The notes beneath the pieces were generated by a model, which was not told the origin of the DNA, ran no database searches, and saw only the letters and a program-made list of their open reading frames with translations. A stretch of DNA of 32,000 nucleotides from an uncultured Alphaproteobacteria bacterium (GTDB lineage: Bacteria > Pseudomonadota > Alphaproteobacteria > UBA3830): positions 58,178 through 90,177 of the forward strand of contig CALXQM010000015.1 of NCBI GenBank assembly GCA_944390765.1. Reading direction: 5' to 3'. Numbering within the stretch: the first letter of the stretch is position 1; each line of letters starts with the position of its first letter. The position numbers and the translations under genes were made by a program. This document shows, one piece after another, positions 14,087 through 24,787 of this stretch.

Positions 14087-14365
14087 ATGGCTCGTTCAGT
14101 ATGGAAAGGTCCGTTTGTAGACGGATATTTAATGAAAAAAGTAAAAGTTTTGTTAGAATCAGGGCGTCGTGATCCTATTAAAACTTGGTCGAGGAGATCA
14201 ACTTTAATACCTGATTTTGTAGGAGTGACATTTTCTGTACATAATGGTCGTAAATTTATTCCTGTGCTAGTGACTGAGGAAATGGTTGGCCACAAATTGG
14301 GCGAATTTGCACCGACTCGTACTTTTAATGGTCATGCAGGTGATAAGACTGCTGATAAGAAATAG
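14087..14365 (+). CDS. rpsS: 30S ribosomal protein S19
   Basis: [18 protein letters not shown]...[14 protein letters not shown]...[10 protein letters not shown]...[15 protein letters not shown]. Confidence 0.98.
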   Translation: MARSVWKGPFVDGYLMKKVKVLLESGRRDPIKTWSRRSTLIPDFVGVTFSVHNGRKFIPVLVTEEMVGHKLGEFAPTRTFNGHAGDKTADKK

Positions 14366-14379
14366 ATGGAGATTATATA

Positions 14380-14751
14380 ATGACTAAGAGATTGCATATA
14401 CAACCTTCTTCCATAGATGTGATAGCTAAGGATCGTATGGTTTTGGCATCTCCTCGTAAAGTTAATCTTGTTGCGAAGATGATTAGAGGTATGGCTGCAT
14501 CAAAAGCATTAGATGCCTTAAAATTTTGTAAAAGAGCTGTAGCCCGAGATGTCAGAAAGACTCTTTTATCTGCTATTGCCAATGCTGAAACAAACCATAG
14601 TTTGAATGTGGATTTGTTAAAAGTAAAAGAGGCTTATGTTGGTAAAGCTATTGTTCTCAGAAGATTTATGGCTCGTGCAAAAGGAAGTGGATCTCCTATT
14701 CGTAAGAGATTTAGTCGTTTGACTCTAGTGTTGTGTGAAACTGAGGATTAA
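14380..14751 (+). CDS. rplV: 50S ribosomal protein L22
   Basis: [16 protein letters not shown]...[38 protein letters not shown]. Confidence 0.96.
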   Translation: MTKRLHIQPSSIDVIAKDRMVLASPRKVNLVAKMIRGMAASKALDALKFCKRAVARDVRKTLLSAIANAETNHSLNVDLLKVKEAYVGKAIVLRRFMARAKGSGSPIRKRFSRLTLVLCETED

Positions 14752-14752
14752 T

Positions 14753-15430
14753 ATGGGACAAAAAATAAATCCAAATTCGCTTCGTTTAGGAATTATCCGT
14801 AATTGGAATTCTTGCTGGTATTCTAAAAATAACTATGCGGATTTGTTAAGTAAAGATTATGAGTTAAGGCAATTTTTAAATAAGAAATTAGATCAAGCTG
14901 GTGTTTCTAAAATTTCGATTGAGAGATTGGCAAAAAAAGTTGTTATAATGATTCATACTGCCAGGCCTGGAGTAGTTATTGGTAAAAAAGGTAATGGTAT
15001 TGAAAAATTGCGCTCTGATTTAGTAAAAGTTGTAGGTTCGGATGTAGCGTTAAATATTGTTGAAGTACGGAAACCTGATATTGATGCTAAATTAGTAGCT
15101 GATTCTATCGCATCGCAAATAGAAAAGAGAGTTAGTTTTCGTAGGGCAGTTAAAAGAGCGATTCAATCAACTTTGAGAGCTGGTGGATTAGGAATTAGAG
15201 TTAACTGTTCAGGACGGTTAGGTGGGGCAGAAATTGCACGTATGGAATGGTATAGAGAAGGGCAAGTTCCTTTGCATACCTTAAGAGCAGATATTGATTA
15301 TGGTTGTGTAACAGCCAATACTACATATGGAACTATCGGTGTTAAAGTTTGGATATATCGAGGTGAGCAATTTAATACTAAATCGGTATTTTTGCCGAAA
15401 CGTATTGGTGAAAGACAAGAGAGGGAATAG
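14753..15430 (+). CDS. rpsC: 30S ribosomal protein S3
   Basis: Canonical start [18 protein letters not shown] at 14753 (ORF track starts upstream at 14735); [16 protein letters not shown]; [27 protein letters not shown]. Confidence 0.97.
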   Translation: MGQKINPNSLRLGIIRNWNSCWYSKNNYADLLSKDYELRQFLNKKLDQAGVSKISIERLAKKVVIMIHTARPGVVIGKKGNGIEKLRSDLVKVVGSDVALNIVEVRKPDIDAKLVADSIASQIEKRVSFRRAVKRAIQSTLRAGGLGIRVNCSGRLGGAEIARMEWYREGQVPLHTLRADIDYGCVTANTTYGTIGVKVWIYRGEQFNTKSVFLPKRIGERQERE

Positions 15431-15433
15431 ATT

Positions 15434-15844
15434 ATGCTATCTCCAGCAAGAATGAAATATAGGAAGCAATTTAAAGGAAGGATACATGGTGTTGCTTCTC
15501 GGGGTTATACTTTGAGTTTTGGTTCTTTTGGTTTAAAGGCAATGAATCCAGCGCGTGTTACTGCAGCACAGATTGAAGCTGCTAGACGTGCTATAACAAG
15601 ATGTATGAAACGTGTTGGTAAAGTTTGGATTAGGATTTATCCGAATGTACCAGTTTCTCAAAAGCCTGCTGAGGTTAGAATGGGAAGCGGAAAAGGTGGA
15701 GTTGAATATTGGGCATGTAGAGTTTATCCTGGAACTATTATGTTTGAGATGGATGGCGTGGATGAGGCTTTAGCGAGAGAAGCTTTATCTTTAGCTGCTG
15801 CTAAATTGCCTGTTTTAACGAAAATAGTTACTAGAGGAGCTTAA
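15434..15844 (+). CDS. rplP: 50S ribosomal protein L16
   Basis: [45 protein letters not shown]...[11 protein letters not shown]. Confidence 0.97.
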   Translation: MLSPARMKYRKQFKGRIHGVASRGYTLSFGSFGLKAMNPARVTAAQIEAARRAITRCMKRVGKVWIRIYPNVPVSQKPAEVRMGSGKGGVEYWACRVYPGTIMFEMDGVDEALAREALSLAAAKLPVLTKIVTRGA

Positions 15845-15846
15845 TT

Positions 15847-16032
15847 ATGTCAAAGAATAAAACAAGTTCATCTAATAAAGCTGAATTAGATGCTGCGAAA
15901 TTGGAAATAATGAGACTTCGTTTTCGTCGTGTTTTAGGTGAAAGTGTTTCTGCACATGTTATAAAAAATGCTCGCAAAAATGTTGCAAAATGTGTAAGAT
16001 TATTACAAAGCGATGAGGAAGAGAATGCCTAA
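15847..16032 (+). CDS. rpmC: 50S ribosomal protein L29
   Basis: 61 aa with LRFRRVLGE...[11 protein letters not shown]; position between rplP and rpsQ. Confidence 0.9.
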   Translation: MSKNKTSSSNKAELDAAKLEIMRLRFRRVLGESVSAHVIKNARKNVAKCVRLLQSDEEENA

Positions 16033-16273
16033 ACGTATTTTAAATGGTGTAGTTACTAGTAATGCTCGTGAAAAAACAGTTACTGTTGAAGTGACAAGAC
16101 ATGTAATGCATCCAAGATATAAAAAATATATTAATGTCACGAAAAAATATCATGCTCATGACGAAAAGAATGAGTGTAATATAGGTGATAAAGTTACAAT
16201 ATGTGAATCTAGTCCTATATCCAAGACAAAAAGTTGGATAGTTATTGGAAATAGCTCTAGTGGGAGTATATAA
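16025..16273 (+). CDS. rpsQ: 30S ribosomal protein S17
   Basis: [36 protein letters not shown]; start at the ATG at 16025, overlapping the rpmC 3' end. Confidence 0.95.
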   Translation: MPKRILNGVVTSNAREKTVTVEVTRHVMHPRYKKYINVTKKYHAHDEKNECNIGDKVTICESSPISKTKSWIVIGNSSSGSI

Positions 16274-16275
16274 TT

Positions 16276-16674
16276 ATGATACAAATGCAATCTCGTTTGT
16301 TTGTTGCAGATAATTCAGGCGCTAAAGAGATTATGTGCATAAAAGTTTTGGGAGGAGCTGGTCGTAGGTATGCTAGAGTTGGCGATATTATTGTTGCATC
16401 GGTAAAGGAAGCTATTCCACATGGAAAGGTTAAAGAGGGCGATGTAGTACAAGCTTTAGTTGTTAGAACCGCTTCTGCAATTCATAGAAAAGATGGTAGC
16501 ATTATAAGGTTTGATAAAAATGCTGCGGTATTGGTTAATAAACAGGGCGAACCATTAGGAACTCGTGTTTTTGGTCCTGTGACAAGGGAGTTGCGTTTAA
16601 ATAAAAATATGAAAAAAGATAGCGTAGCTAAGAGTATGATGAAAATTATCTCTTTAGCTCCGGAGGTTTTATAA
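16276..16674 (+). CDS. rplN: 50S ribosomal protein L14 (with an unusual internal insertion)
   Basis: [27 protein letters not shown]...[13 protein letters not shown]...[11 protein letters not shown]; 132 aa. Confidence 0.97.
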   Translation: MIQMQSRLFVADNSGAKEIMCIKVLGGAGRRYARVGDIIVASVKEAIPHGKVKEGDVVQALVVRTASAIHRKDGSIIRFDKNAAVLVNKQGEPLGTRVFGPVTRELRLNKNMKKDSVAKSMMKIISLAPEVL

Positions 16675-16988
16675 TGAATAAATGGCGTATTAAAAAAGGA
16701 GATACTGTTCAGGTTATTTCTGGAAAAGATAAAGGCGCAAAAGGTGAGATTTTGCGTGTTTTGAGAGAAGAGAGAAGGGTTATAGTTAAAGGTGTAAATG
16801 TATGTACAAGACATCAAAAGCCTTCAATGAATAATCCTGGTGGACTTATTAAGAAGGAGCAATCTATTCATGCATCAAATGTTATGATAATTGATCCTAA
16901 TAATGATAAACCAACTCGCATTGGAATGAAAATAATCGATGGTAAAAAGGTGCGTGTTTCAAAACGTACGGGTGCTGTGTTAAACTAG
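16674..16988 (+). CDS. rplX: 50S ribosomal protein L24
   Basis: [21 protein letters not shown]...[15 protein letters not shown]; TAATG overlap with rplN. Confidence 0.96.
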   Translation: MNKWRIKKGDTVQVISGKDKGAKGEILRVLREERRVIVKGVNVCTRHQKPSMNNPGGLIKKEQSIHASNVMIIDPNNDKPTRIGMKIIDGKKVRVSKRTGAVLN

Positions 16989-17001
16989 GCGTGGGAAGAT
17001 T

Positions 17002-17541
17002 ATGGCTCGTTTAAGAGATTATTATAATAAAGAATTGATTAAGAAATTGAAAACCTCTCTTGGCTTAAAAAATGATTTAGAGGTTCCTGCATTGAAAAAA
17101 ATAGTTTTAAATATGGGAATGGGAGAGGCTGTTACTGATAGTAAGTATGTAAAACAAGCAGTGGAAGAACTGACGATGATTGCTGGTCAAAAAGCAGTTA
17201 TGACAGTAGCAAGAAAGTCTATTGCTGGTTTTAAATTACGACAAGGACAGAAAATTGGAGCAATGGTTACGCTTCGCGGAGATAGAATGTATGAATTCTT
17301 AGACCGTTTAATTAATATAGCGTTACCTAGAGTTAGAGATTTTAGGGGACTTTCAAAAAAATCATTTGATGGTAATGGGAATTATTCTTTTGGTATTAAA
17401 GAACAAATTATTTTCCCTGAAGTTGCGGTTAGTAATGTAGATAATATTCATGGATTAGATGTTGTTATCGTTACTAGTTCTAATAATGATGCTCATGCAG
17501 CAGAATTATTAAAAGGATTTAATTTCCCATTTATGGCATGA
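17002..17541 (+). CDS. rplE: 50S ribosomal protein L5
   Basis: [60 protein letters not shown]. Confidence 0.97.
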   Translation: MARLRDYYNKELIKKLKTSLGLKNDLEVPALKKIVLNMGMGEAVTDSKYVKQAVEELTMIAGQKAVMTVARKSIAGFKLRQGQKIGAMVTLRGDRMYEFLDRLINIALPRVRDFRGLSKKSFDGNGNYSFGIKEQIIFPEVAVSNVDNIHGLDVVIVTSSNNDAHAAELLKGFNFPFMA

Positions 17542-17552
17542 GAGGATAAAAA

Positions 17553-17858
17553 ATGGCTCGTTTGAGTAGTATTGAATCAGCAAAGAGGATTCGTAGAAAA
17601 GTTAAAGCTAAAAAAGCGAAACGTGCTGAGTTAAAAGCTATAATTATGAATAGAACAATATCTCCTGAGGAACGTTTTGCTGCTCAATTAAAATTGGCAG
17701 CAATGCCTAGAACATCTTCAGCTACTAGAATTAGAAATCGTTGTATGATTACAGGGCGTGCTCGTGGAGTGTATAGGAAATTTAACATATCTCGTATTAT
17801 GTTAAGAGAAATGGCGGCTAATGGATTAGTTCCAGGGGTCCACAAAGCAAGTTGGTAA
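17553..17858 (+). CDS. rpsN: 30S ribosomal protein S14 (zinc-independent type)
   Basis: [54 protein letters not shown]; 101 aa. Confidence 0.97.
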   Translation: MARLSSIESAKRIRRKVKAKKAKRAELKAIIMNRTISPEERFAAQLKLAAMPRTSSATRIRNRCMITGRARGVYRKFNISRIMLREMAANGLVPGVHKASW

Positions 17859-17874
17859 GGAGTATTTTCAAATG

Positions 17875-18264
17875 ATGACAGATCCTATTTCGGATATGCT
17901 CGCAAGAATTAAAAATGCTTGTGGTCGATATTTTGAAACAGTTGATATCCCATCATCTAAAATTAAAGTAGGTATTTTAAGTACTTTAGAGAGAGAAGGT
18001 TATATTAACGGATTTAAGGAAATCGATATAGATGGGCATAAATTCTTAAGAGTAGAATTAAGGTATTATGAAGGTAGACCAGTTATAAATATGTTGGATA
18101 GAGTATCTAAACCGAGTCGGAGAGTATATTCTAAGATAAAAAAAGTTAAATCTGTTTATAATGGTTTTGGTATATATGTTCTCTCCACTTCTAAAGGGAT
18201 TATGTCTGATGCAGAAGCAAAAGAGCATAATGTTGGTGGCGAAGTTTTATGTAAGGTATTCTAG
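17875..18264 (+). CDS. rpsH: 30S ribosomal protein S8
   Basis: MTDPISDMLARIKNA...YVLSTSKGIMSDAEAKEHNVGGEVLCKVF. Tandem ATGs at 17872 and 17875; the second gives the canonical N-terminus. Confidence 0.96.
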   Translation: MTDPISDMLARIKNACGRYFETVDIPSSKIKVGILSTLEREGYINGFKEIDIDGHKFLRVELRYYEGRPVINMLDRVSKPSRRVYSKIKKVKSVYNGFGIYVLSTSKGIMSDAEAKEHNVGGEVLCKVF

Positions 18265-18266
18265 AA

Positions 18267-18800
18267 ATGTCAAGAATTGGAAAACACCCTATAGAGATTC
18301 CTACCGGCGTAACAGTTCTAATTGATAATGGCTTTATTTCCGGAAAAGGGAAAAACAGTGAATTTAAATTTAAAATTCCCGAGAATGTTAATGTCGATAT
18401 CGTTGATGGAAAAATTATTTTTAAACCATGTGATGATAGTAAGGTCTCTAGATCTATGTGGGGAACTTGTAGAGCTATTGTAGCAAAACAAGTGAAAGGA
18501 TTAACAGAGGTTTTTGTTAAGAAATTAAATCTAGTTGGAGTAGGATATAAAGCCAATATTCAAGGTAATAATTTGGTTCTCCAATTAGGATATAGTCATG
18601 ATATAATTTTTGAAATTCCAACTGATGTGAAAATTGCTTGTGAAAATCCTACAACTATTGTTGTTTCAAGCGCTAATAATCAGCGTGTTGGTGAAATAAT
18701 TAAAAATCTTCAGAAATTTAGACCTCCAGAACCTTATAAAGGCAAAGGAGTTATTATTGATGGTCAGTTTGTCTATCGTAAAGAAGGGAAAAAGAAGTAG
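18267..18800 (+). CDS. rplF: 50S ribosomal protein L6
   Basis: [15 protein letters not shown]...[23 protein letters not shown]...[10 protein letters not shown]. Confidence 0.97.
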   Translation: MSRIGKHPIEIPTGVTVLIDNGFISGKGKNSEFKFKIPENVNVDIVDGKIIFKPCDDSKVSRSMWGTCRAIVAKQVKGLTEVFVKKLNLVGVGYKANIQGNNLVLQLGYSHDIIFEIPTDVKIACENPTTIVVSSANNQRVGEIIKNLQKFRPPEPYKGKGVIIDGQFVYRKEGKKK

Positions 18801-18802
18801 TT

Positions 18803-19159
18803 ATGACTAGATTTAGTAAAGATTTTAAGCGAAGGTCAGCAAGAGTCCGTTTTGCTATTCGTAAAAGTGCTTCTGGAAAGCCAAGGCTTTCTGTATTTAG
18901 ATCAGAAAGACATATTTACGCTCAGATTATAGATGATTCATGTGGTAAGACATTATGTGCGGCTTCTACCATGGATAAAAGTTTTAGAGCAAGTAAAAAA
19001 TCTAATTGTGATGCTGCAACAAGAGTTGGAACGATGATTGCAGCAAAAGCGATTGAGGCAGGAATAAAAGAAGTAGTGTTTGATCGTGGTGGCTATAATT
19101 ATCATGGCAGAGTAAAAGCTCTAGCCGATGGTGCTCGTAGTGGCGGTTTATTATTTTAA
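18803..19159 (+). CDS. rplR: 50S ribosomal protein L18
   Basis: [36 protein letters not shown]...[22 protein letters not shown]. Confidence 0.97.
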   Translation: MTRFSKDFKRRSARVRFAIRKSASGKPRLSVFRSERHIYAQIIDDSCGKTLCAASTMDKSFRASKKSNCDAATRVGTMIAAKAIEAGIKEVVFDRGGYNYHGRVKALADGARSGGLLF

Positions 19160-19170
19160 GGATTAAATTT

Positions 19171-19683
19171 ATGAGTCGTGAAGAAATATCTTACATTGAA
19201 AAACTTGTGGCAATAAACCGTGTCGCCAAAGTTGTAAAAGGAGGAAAGAGGTTTTCTTTTTCCGCTTTAGTTATTGTTGGTGATGGGAAAGGCAGAGTCG
19301 GATATGCTGGTGGAAAAGCTAGAGAAGTATCTGATGCTGTAAAAAAGGCGGCGGAGAAAGCTAAAAAATGTATGGTAAGGATTCCTTTGAGAGAAAGTCG
19401 TACAATTCATCATGATGTATCAGGTAGATTTGGAGCTGGACGTGTTGTATTACGTACAGCAGTTTCAGGTACCGGTATCATCGCTGGTGGAGCTATGCGT
19501 GCAGTGTTTGAAGCTCTTGGAATTCAAGATATTGTAAGTAAATGTATTGGTTCTGCAAATCCACATAATATGGTTAGAGCTACATTTCAAGCATTACGTT
19601 CTACAGTATCTCCGAGATATATTGCTAGCAAACGTGGAAAAAGAATTAGCGAAGTAACATCTCGACGTGCCTCAGTGAAATAA
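19171..19683 (+). CDS. rpsE: 30S ribosomal protein S5
   Basis: [42 protein letters not shown]...[15 protein letters not shown]. Confidence 0.97.
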   Translation: MSREEISYIEKLVAINRVAKVVKGGKRFSFSALVIVGDGKGRVGYAGGKAREVSDAVKKAAEKAKKCMVRIPLRESRTIHHDVSGRFGAGRVVLRTAVSGTGIIAGGAMRAVFEALGIQDIVSKCIGSANPHNMVRATFQALRSTVSPRYIASKRGKRISEVTSRRASVK

Positions 19684-19692
19684 GGATTGGCT

Positions 19693-19899
19693 ATGGCTAA
19701 AAAAGAAGTAAAAGCAAATAGTTTGATTGTTACCCAAGTTAGGAGTAAAATTGGGTGTTTAAAGAACCAAGTATGTTGCTTAAAGGGACTTGGTTTAGGT
19801 AAAATTGGGAAAAAGGTTACCTTAAAAGATAATAGCTGTGTGAGAGGGATGATTAAAAAAGTCTCTCACTTAGTGGAAGTTGAGGTTGTAAATGGCTAG
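19693..19899 (+). CDS. rpmD: 50S ribosomal protein L30
   Basis: VTQVRSKIGCLKNQVCCLKGLGLGKIGKKVTLKDNSCVRGMIKKVSHLVEVEVV; ATG at 19693 preferred over the TTG at 19687. Confidence 0.92.
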   Translation: MAKKEVKANSLIVTQVRSKIGCLKNQVCCLKGLGLGKIGKKVTLKDNSCVRGMIKKVSHLVEVEVVNG

Positions 19900-20356
19900 T
19901 ATTAAATTAAATAATTTAAAAGCACGTAGCGGAATAGATAGCAAAGCTATCGGTCGAGGAATAGGTTCTGGTTGTGGAAAAACTTCTACTTTTGGACATA
20001 AAGGAGGAAAGGCTCGTTCTGGTCGCGGTAAAGTTGTTTGGTTTGAAGGTGGTCAGATGCCTATTTATAGAAGGCTTCCAAAAAGAGGGTTTAATTCTTT
20101 AAGAGATAAGTCTAAGATCGATATAATTAATTTGTGCGATTTGCAGAGGCTTTGTGATGCAAAAATGTTAAAAGCAAATCAGAGTGTAAATATCGATATT
20201 TTAAAAGAAATTGGAGCAGTTAGAAAAAAAGCAGATATTCTACGTGTTCTCGCAAAAGGAGAGTTAAAAATTGCTCTACAGATTTCTGCAAATTATGCTT
20301 CCGATGCAGCAATGAAAGCTGTTGAAGCTGCTGGAGGTAAGGTTCAAATAGTTTAG
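19892..20356 (+). CDS. rplO: 50S ribosomal protein L15
   Basis: GRGIGSGCGKTSTFGHKGGKARSG...FEGGQMPIYRRLPKRGFNS. Confidence 0.96.
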   Translation: MASIKLNNLKARSGIDSKAIGRGIGSGCGKTSTFGHKGGKARSGRGKVVWFEGGQMPIYRRLPKRGFNSLRDKSKIDIINLCDLQRLCDAKMLKANQSVNIDILKEIGAVRKKADILRVLAKGELKIALQISANYASDAAMKAVEAAGGKVQIV

Positions 20357-20364
20357 GTTATTAT

Positions 20365-21705
20365 ATGACTAATAGCATTTTTAACCAAGGTTTTAGTTTT
20401 GAGACATTTTCAAAAGCCTCGGATTTACAGAAAAGATTAATTTTCACTATTCTGGCTTTATTTGTTTATAGAATAGGGACATATATTCCATTGCCAGGTT
20501 TAGATCCGGCGGTTATCTCTGATTTGGCTAATCGTCATTTGGGTGGAAATGGGTTTTTGGGCATGTTTAATATGTTTTCAGGTGGTGCATTAGGTCGTAT
20601 GACAATTTTTGCATTAAATCTTATGCCTTATATCTCTTCATCCATTATCATTCAGTTAATGACTATGGTTTCTCCTACTTTAGAGGCTTTAAAAAAAGAA
20701 GGAGAAACAGGCAGAAAAAAGATACATCAATACACTAAATATTTAACTATTTTTGTAGCGGGTTTTCAATCTTGGGGAATTTGTTTGTGGTTGATGAATT
20801 TAGAACATTCTCCTGTTGTAATAGGTAATTTGTTTCCCGTGATTGCAGTTCCATCATTAATTTGTGGAACTTTATTTTTAGTATGGTTAGGAGAACAGAT
20901 GACCTCTCGTGGAGTAGGAAATGGTTCTTCTTTGTTAATTTTTGCAGGTATAGTTGCTAATATGCCTGTAAGTATTTTAACAATTCTTGAAATGGGAAGG
21001 GCTGGCGCTTTGTCAGTGGTTGCTGTAATTGCTATTTTTGCTATAGCTTTAGCAGTGATTTTCTTTGTTTCTTTTATGGAGAGAGCCCAACGTAAAGTTT
21101 CTATTAGTTATCCTCAACGACAAGCTATGGTAGCTCAAGGGAATTATAATATGGGTACAAGCAATCATTTGCCTTTGAAAATTAATTCTGCTGGTGTTAT
21201 TCCACCTATTTTTGCCTATTCATTATTATCTTTGCCTATGGTTGCTGCAAGTTTTTTGAATACAGATAACGAATATGTTATGGCGTTTTTGGATGTATTC
21301 GGAGGCAGAGGTTCTGGCTCTGTAGTTTTTTCTGTAATTTTTGTGATATTAGTTGTTTTCTTTTCTTTCTTTTATACTGCAGTTGTGTTTAACCCTACTG
21401 AAACGGCGGATAATTTAAAAAAAGCTGGAGGATACATTCCAGGAGTAAGACCAGGGAAAGCAACTGCTGAATATTTAGATTATATATTAACAAGGCTTAC
21501 TACAGTTGGTGCTTTGTATATGTCTTTTGTGTGTTTAATACCAGATTTTATTAATGCACAATTTGGAGTTCATTTTGTATTTGGAGGTACTGGTATTTTA
21601 ATTATAGTTGGAGTTACAATAGATACCATATCACAGATTTATACTCATATTCTGTCTCATCAGTATAGAGGAGTACTAAAAAAGATAGAAAGAAGGAGAA
21701 AATAA
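20365..21705 (+). CDS. secY: Protein translocase subunit SecY
   Basis: 446 aa multispanning protein; YRIGTYIPLPGLD, MFNMFSGGALGRMTIFALNLMPYISSSIIIQL, KKAGGYIPGVRPGKATAEYL. Confidence 0.98.
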   Translation: MTNSIFNQGFSFETFSKASDLQKRLIFTILALFVYRIGTYIPLPGLDPAVISDLANRHLGGNGFLGMFNMFSGGALGRMTIFALNLMPYISSSIIIQLMTMVSPTLEALKKEGETGRKKIHQYTKYLTIFVAGFQSWGICLWLMNLEHSPVVIGNLFPVIAVPSLICGTLFLVWLGEQMTSRGVGNGSSLLIFAGIVANMPVSILTILEMGRAGALSVVAVIAIFAIALAVIFFVSFMERAQRKVSISYPQRQAMVAQGNYNMGTSNHLPLKINSAGVIPPIFAYSLLSLPMVAASFLNTDNEYVMAFLDVFGGRGSGSVVFSVIFVILVVFFSFFYTAVVFNPTETADNLKKAGGYIPGVRPGKATAEYLDYILTRLTTVGALYMSFVCLIPDFINAQFGVHFVFGGTGILIIVGVTIDTISQIYTHILSHQYRGVLKKIERRRK

Positions 21706-22364
21706 TGGCTCTAGTAGAAATTTTGGTTCTTTTTGGCGCTCCTGGTTCTGGTAAGGGTACTGTTGCGCAGTTTTTAAAAGAAAATTATGAAGTTTATCAT
21801 TTTTCTACTGGAAATTTGCTTAGAAATGAAGTAAAAAAAGAATCTGATATAGGTTTGAAGGTAAAAGATATAATAGGTTCAGGTGGATTAGTTGGAGATG
21901 ATATTGTCAATGAGATAGTTCGTAGGAATATCATCGATACTATAGAAAAAGGTTCTCTGATTATTTTGGACGGATATCCTAGGACAGTAAATCAAGCTAA
22001 AGTTTTAGATGATATAATGTCTGGTACTTTGAGGGAGAAAATTAGAGTATTAGAGCTTGAAGTTGATGATGAAATTGTTGTAAAGAGAATTTCACAAAGA
22101 CGTGTTTGTGTTAAGTGCGGAAATACTTATGGACCTCAAGATAAAATAGATGTTTGTTCTTGTGGTGGTGAACTTATAAAGAGAAAAGATGATGAAGAAT
22201 CAGTTGTTAGAAATAGATTAGAGCAGTATAAAAAGGAAACTTATCCTGTTTCTGTCTATTATAACAGTAGGTTGGTTAAAGTTTCAGGAGATGGTAGCCC
22301 TGAAGAAGTAGAGCATAGGGTAGATGATGCTCTTTTGAAATTTGGAATAAAAAAGAGGAGATAA
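21705..22364 (+). CDS. adk: Adenylate kinase with cysteine-containing (zinc-type) LID
   Basis: LFGAPGSGKGTVAQFL, FSTGNLLR, LDGYPRTVNQA, LID RRVCVKCGNTYGPQDKIDVCSCGGELIKRKDD. Confidence 0.95.
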   Translation: MALVEILVLFGAPGSGKGTVAQFLKENYEVYHFSTGNLLRNEVKKESDIGLKVKDIIGSGGLVGDDIVNEIVRRNIIDTIEKGSLIILDGYPRTVNQAKVLDDIMSGTLREKIRVLELEVDDEIVVKRISQRRVCVKCGNTYGPQDKIDVCSCGGELIKRKDDEESVVRNRLEQYKKETYPVSVYYNSRLVKVSGDGSPEEVEHRVDDALLKFGIKKRR

Positions 22365-22367
22365 TTA

Positions 22368-22745
22368 GTGGCTCGTATAGCTGGTGTTAATTTGCCTGAT
22401 AAAAAACGCGTTGAATTCGCTTTAAGGTATATATATGGTATTGGTCCAAAACGTTCTGGGGATATTTGTCGTGAGCTTGGTATACCTGCAGAAAGAAGAG
22501 TATTTGAGCTTTCTGATGATGAAATTTTAAAAATCCGTGAGTTTATTGATAAGAATTATCAGGTCGAAGGTGATTTGAGACGAGCTGTAGCTATGAGTAT
22601 AAAGAGATTGATGGATCTCGGTTGCTATAGAGGGTTTAGACATAGAAAAGGACTTCCTGTTCATGGTCAGAGAACCCATACGAATGCTCGTACAAGAAAG
22701 GGAAAGGCGAGAGCTATTCCAGGTAAGAAAAAAGTAACAAAGTAA
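22368..22745 (+). CDS. rpsM: 30S ribosomal protein S13
   Basis: [26 protein letters not shown]...[26 protein letters not shown]. Confidence 0.98.
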   Translation: MARIAGVNLPDKKRVEFALRYIYGIGPKRSGDICRELGIPAERRVFELSDDEILKIREFIDKNYQVEGDLRRAVAMSIKRLMDLGCYRGFRHRKGLPVHGQRTHTNARTRKGKARAIPGKKKVTK

Positions 22746-22763
22746 TAAGGGGTTAACATTATT

Positions 22764-23156
22764 ATGGCTTACAAAGGCACTCAAAAATTAAAAAAGAAAG
22801 ATAGGAAAAACGTTGTTTCTGGTATAGCCCATGTTAATTCAACGTTTAATAATACTATGATTACCATAACGGATATGCAGGGAAATACTATTGCTTGGAG
22901 CTCTTCTGGAAGTTTAGGATTTAAAGGTTCTCGTAAATCTACTCCATATGCGGCACAGGTTGCAGCAGAAAAAGCAGCTTCTAAAGCTATTGAGCATGGA
23001 ATGAAAAATATTGATGTAGAAGTTATGGGACCTGGTTCAGGTAGAGAGTCTGCTTTGAGGACTTTTCAGACATTAGGATTGATTGTCGGTTCTATTAGGG
23101 ATGTGACTCCAATTCCTCATAATGGTTGTAGACCACCAAAGCGTCGTAGAGTTTAA
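22764..23156 (+). CDS. rpsK: 30S ribosomal protein S11
   Basis: [46 protein letters not shown]...[17 protein letters not shown]. Confidence 0.98.
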   Translation: MAYKGTQKLKKKDRKNVVSGIAHVNSTFNNTMITITDMQGNTIAWSSSGSLGFKGSRKSTPYAAQVAAEKAASKAIEHGMKNIDVEVMGPGSGRESALRTFQTLGLIVGSIRDVTPIPHNGCRPPKRRRV

Positions 23157-23174
23157 TCGTATAGAGGTTGTAAA

Positions 23175-24197
23175 GTGATTCAGAAGCAGTGGCAAGATTT
23201 AATAAAGCCTTATAAACTCCAAGTTGATAATAATAAGGCTGAAATTGGTAATCGTAAGGGAATTGTAGTCGCAGAACCTTTGGAAAGAGGTTTTGGTGTT
23301 ACTTTGGGAAATGCTTTACGTAGAGTTTTGTTGTCTTCGTTAAAAGGAGCAGCTGTTACATCTATTAGAATAGATGGAGTTGTTCATGAATTTTCAACGA
23401 TTAAAGGCGTAGCAGAAGATGTTACGGATATTATTTTAAATATAAAGGCTCTTCCTTTAAAGTTGGAAAGTGATACTCCAAGAAAGATGAAGTTAAAGGT
23501 TACGGGTCCATGCAAAGTAACTGCGCAAATGTTTGAGTTAGGATCTGAAATTGAATTATTGGATCCTGAGCATTATATTTGTACACTTGATGATGGCGCT
23601 ACTTTAAATATGGAAATGACTGTGGCAGTTGGGCGCGGTTACGTAGTTGCAAGTCATAACAGGACAGAAAATGCCCCGGTTGGAACAATTTTTATTGATT
23701 CCATTTTTAATCCTGTGAAAAAAGTTTCTTATAAAGTAGAGAATACTCGTGTTGGTCAAACAACTGATTATGATAAGTTAATTATGGAAGTAGAAACAAA
23801 CGGTTCTATTTCTCCAGAAGATGCTGTTGCTATGTCTGCACGTATTTTACAAGATCAATTCCAGAAATTCATTAATTTTGAGGAAGAAATTGATGAGAAT
23901 GATGATGATAACTTACATAAATTGCCTTTCCCTGAAAGCTTATTGAAAAAAGTTGATGATTTAGAGCTTTCAGTACGTTCAATGAATTGTTTAAAGAATG
24001 ATAATATTGTTTATATAGGCGATCTTGTTCGTAAAACGGAAAATGAGATGCTTCGTACTCCTAATTTTGGTAGAAAGTCTTTGAATGAAATAAAAGAAGT
24101 TCTTTCTCAAATGGGATTGTATTTAGGAATGTCAATAGAAGGATGGCCTATAGATAATATTGATGAAGTGGCTAGGAAAATACATAATAAACTTTAG
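23175..24197 (+). CDS. rpoA: DNA-directed RNA polymerase subunit alpha
   Basis: [50 protein letters not shown]...[19 protein letters not shown]. Confidence 0.98.
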   Translation: MIQKQWQDLIKPYKLQVDNNKAEIGNRKGIVVAEPLERGFGVTLGNALRRVLLSSLKGAAVTSIRIDGVVHEFSTIKGVAEDVTDIILNIKALPLKLESDTPRKMKLKVTGPCKVTAQMFELGSEIELLDPEHYICTLDDGATLNMEMTVAVGRGYVVASHNRTENAPVGTIFIDSIFNPVKKVSYKVENTRVGQTTDYDKLIMEVETNGSISPEDAVAMSARILQDQFQKFINFEEEIDENDDDNLHKLPFPESLLKKVDDLELSVRSMNCLKNDNIVYIGDLVRKTENEMLRTPNFGRKSLNEIKEVLSQMGLYLGMSIEGWPIDNIDEVARKIHNKL

Positions 24198-24208
24198 GGA
24201 GATTTTTT

Positions 24209-24622
24209 ATGCGTCATAGAATTAAAGGAAGAAAGTTTAATAGAAGAACTTCGCAAAGATTAGCTTTGTTTAATAGTTTAGCAAAATCTTTATTAAAATA
24301 TGAGCAGATTATAACTACTCTTCCTAAAGCTAAGGATTTACGTCCATATGTAGAAAAGATGATTACTTTAGGAAAGACTGGTTCTGTTGCGAATAGAAGA
24401 CATTTATTTGCGAAATTAAGGGATAATAGTTTAGTTTCTAAGGTATTTGGTACATTGTCTGAGCGTTATAATAACAGAAATGGAGGATACACCCGTATCG
24501 TTAAATGCGGATTTCGAGAAGGGGATATGGCTCCAATGGCTGTTATTGAATTGATAGATAGAGATGAGACGGCGAAAGTTACAGTTGCCCCATCTACTGA
24601 ACCGGATGTTAATCCCGCTTAA
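24209..24622 (+). CDS. rplQ: 50S ribosomal protein L17
   Basis: [56 protein letters not shown]. Confidence 0.97.
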   Translation: MRHRIKGRKFNRRTSQRLALFNSLAKSLLKYEQIITTLPKAKDLRPYVEKMITLGKTGSVANRRHLFAKLRDNSLVSKVFGTLSERYNNRNGGYTRIVKCGFREGDMAPMAVIELIDRDETAKVTVAPSTEPDVNPA

Positions 24623-24657
24623 TTCTATTTAAATTTTTTAAAATTATTTAAGCTGAG

Positions 24658-24695
24658 GAATCTCTTTTCAAAAGATTAGAGATTCTTTTGTTTTT
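24658..24695 (+). terminator. Rho-independent terminator-like hairpin closing the ribosomal superoperon
   Basis: GAATCTCT (24658-24665), 12-nt loop, AGAGATTC (24678-24685), followed by TTTTGTTTTT; 36 bp after the rplQ stop. Confidence 0.75.
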
Positions 24696-24787
24696 ATTAT
24701 ATGATTTTTTTAAAATAGAAAAAGAGGGTAGGGGATTATGGATTGATTTTTTTCTTAACACCATTAATGAATCTGTAGCACTGTTTT

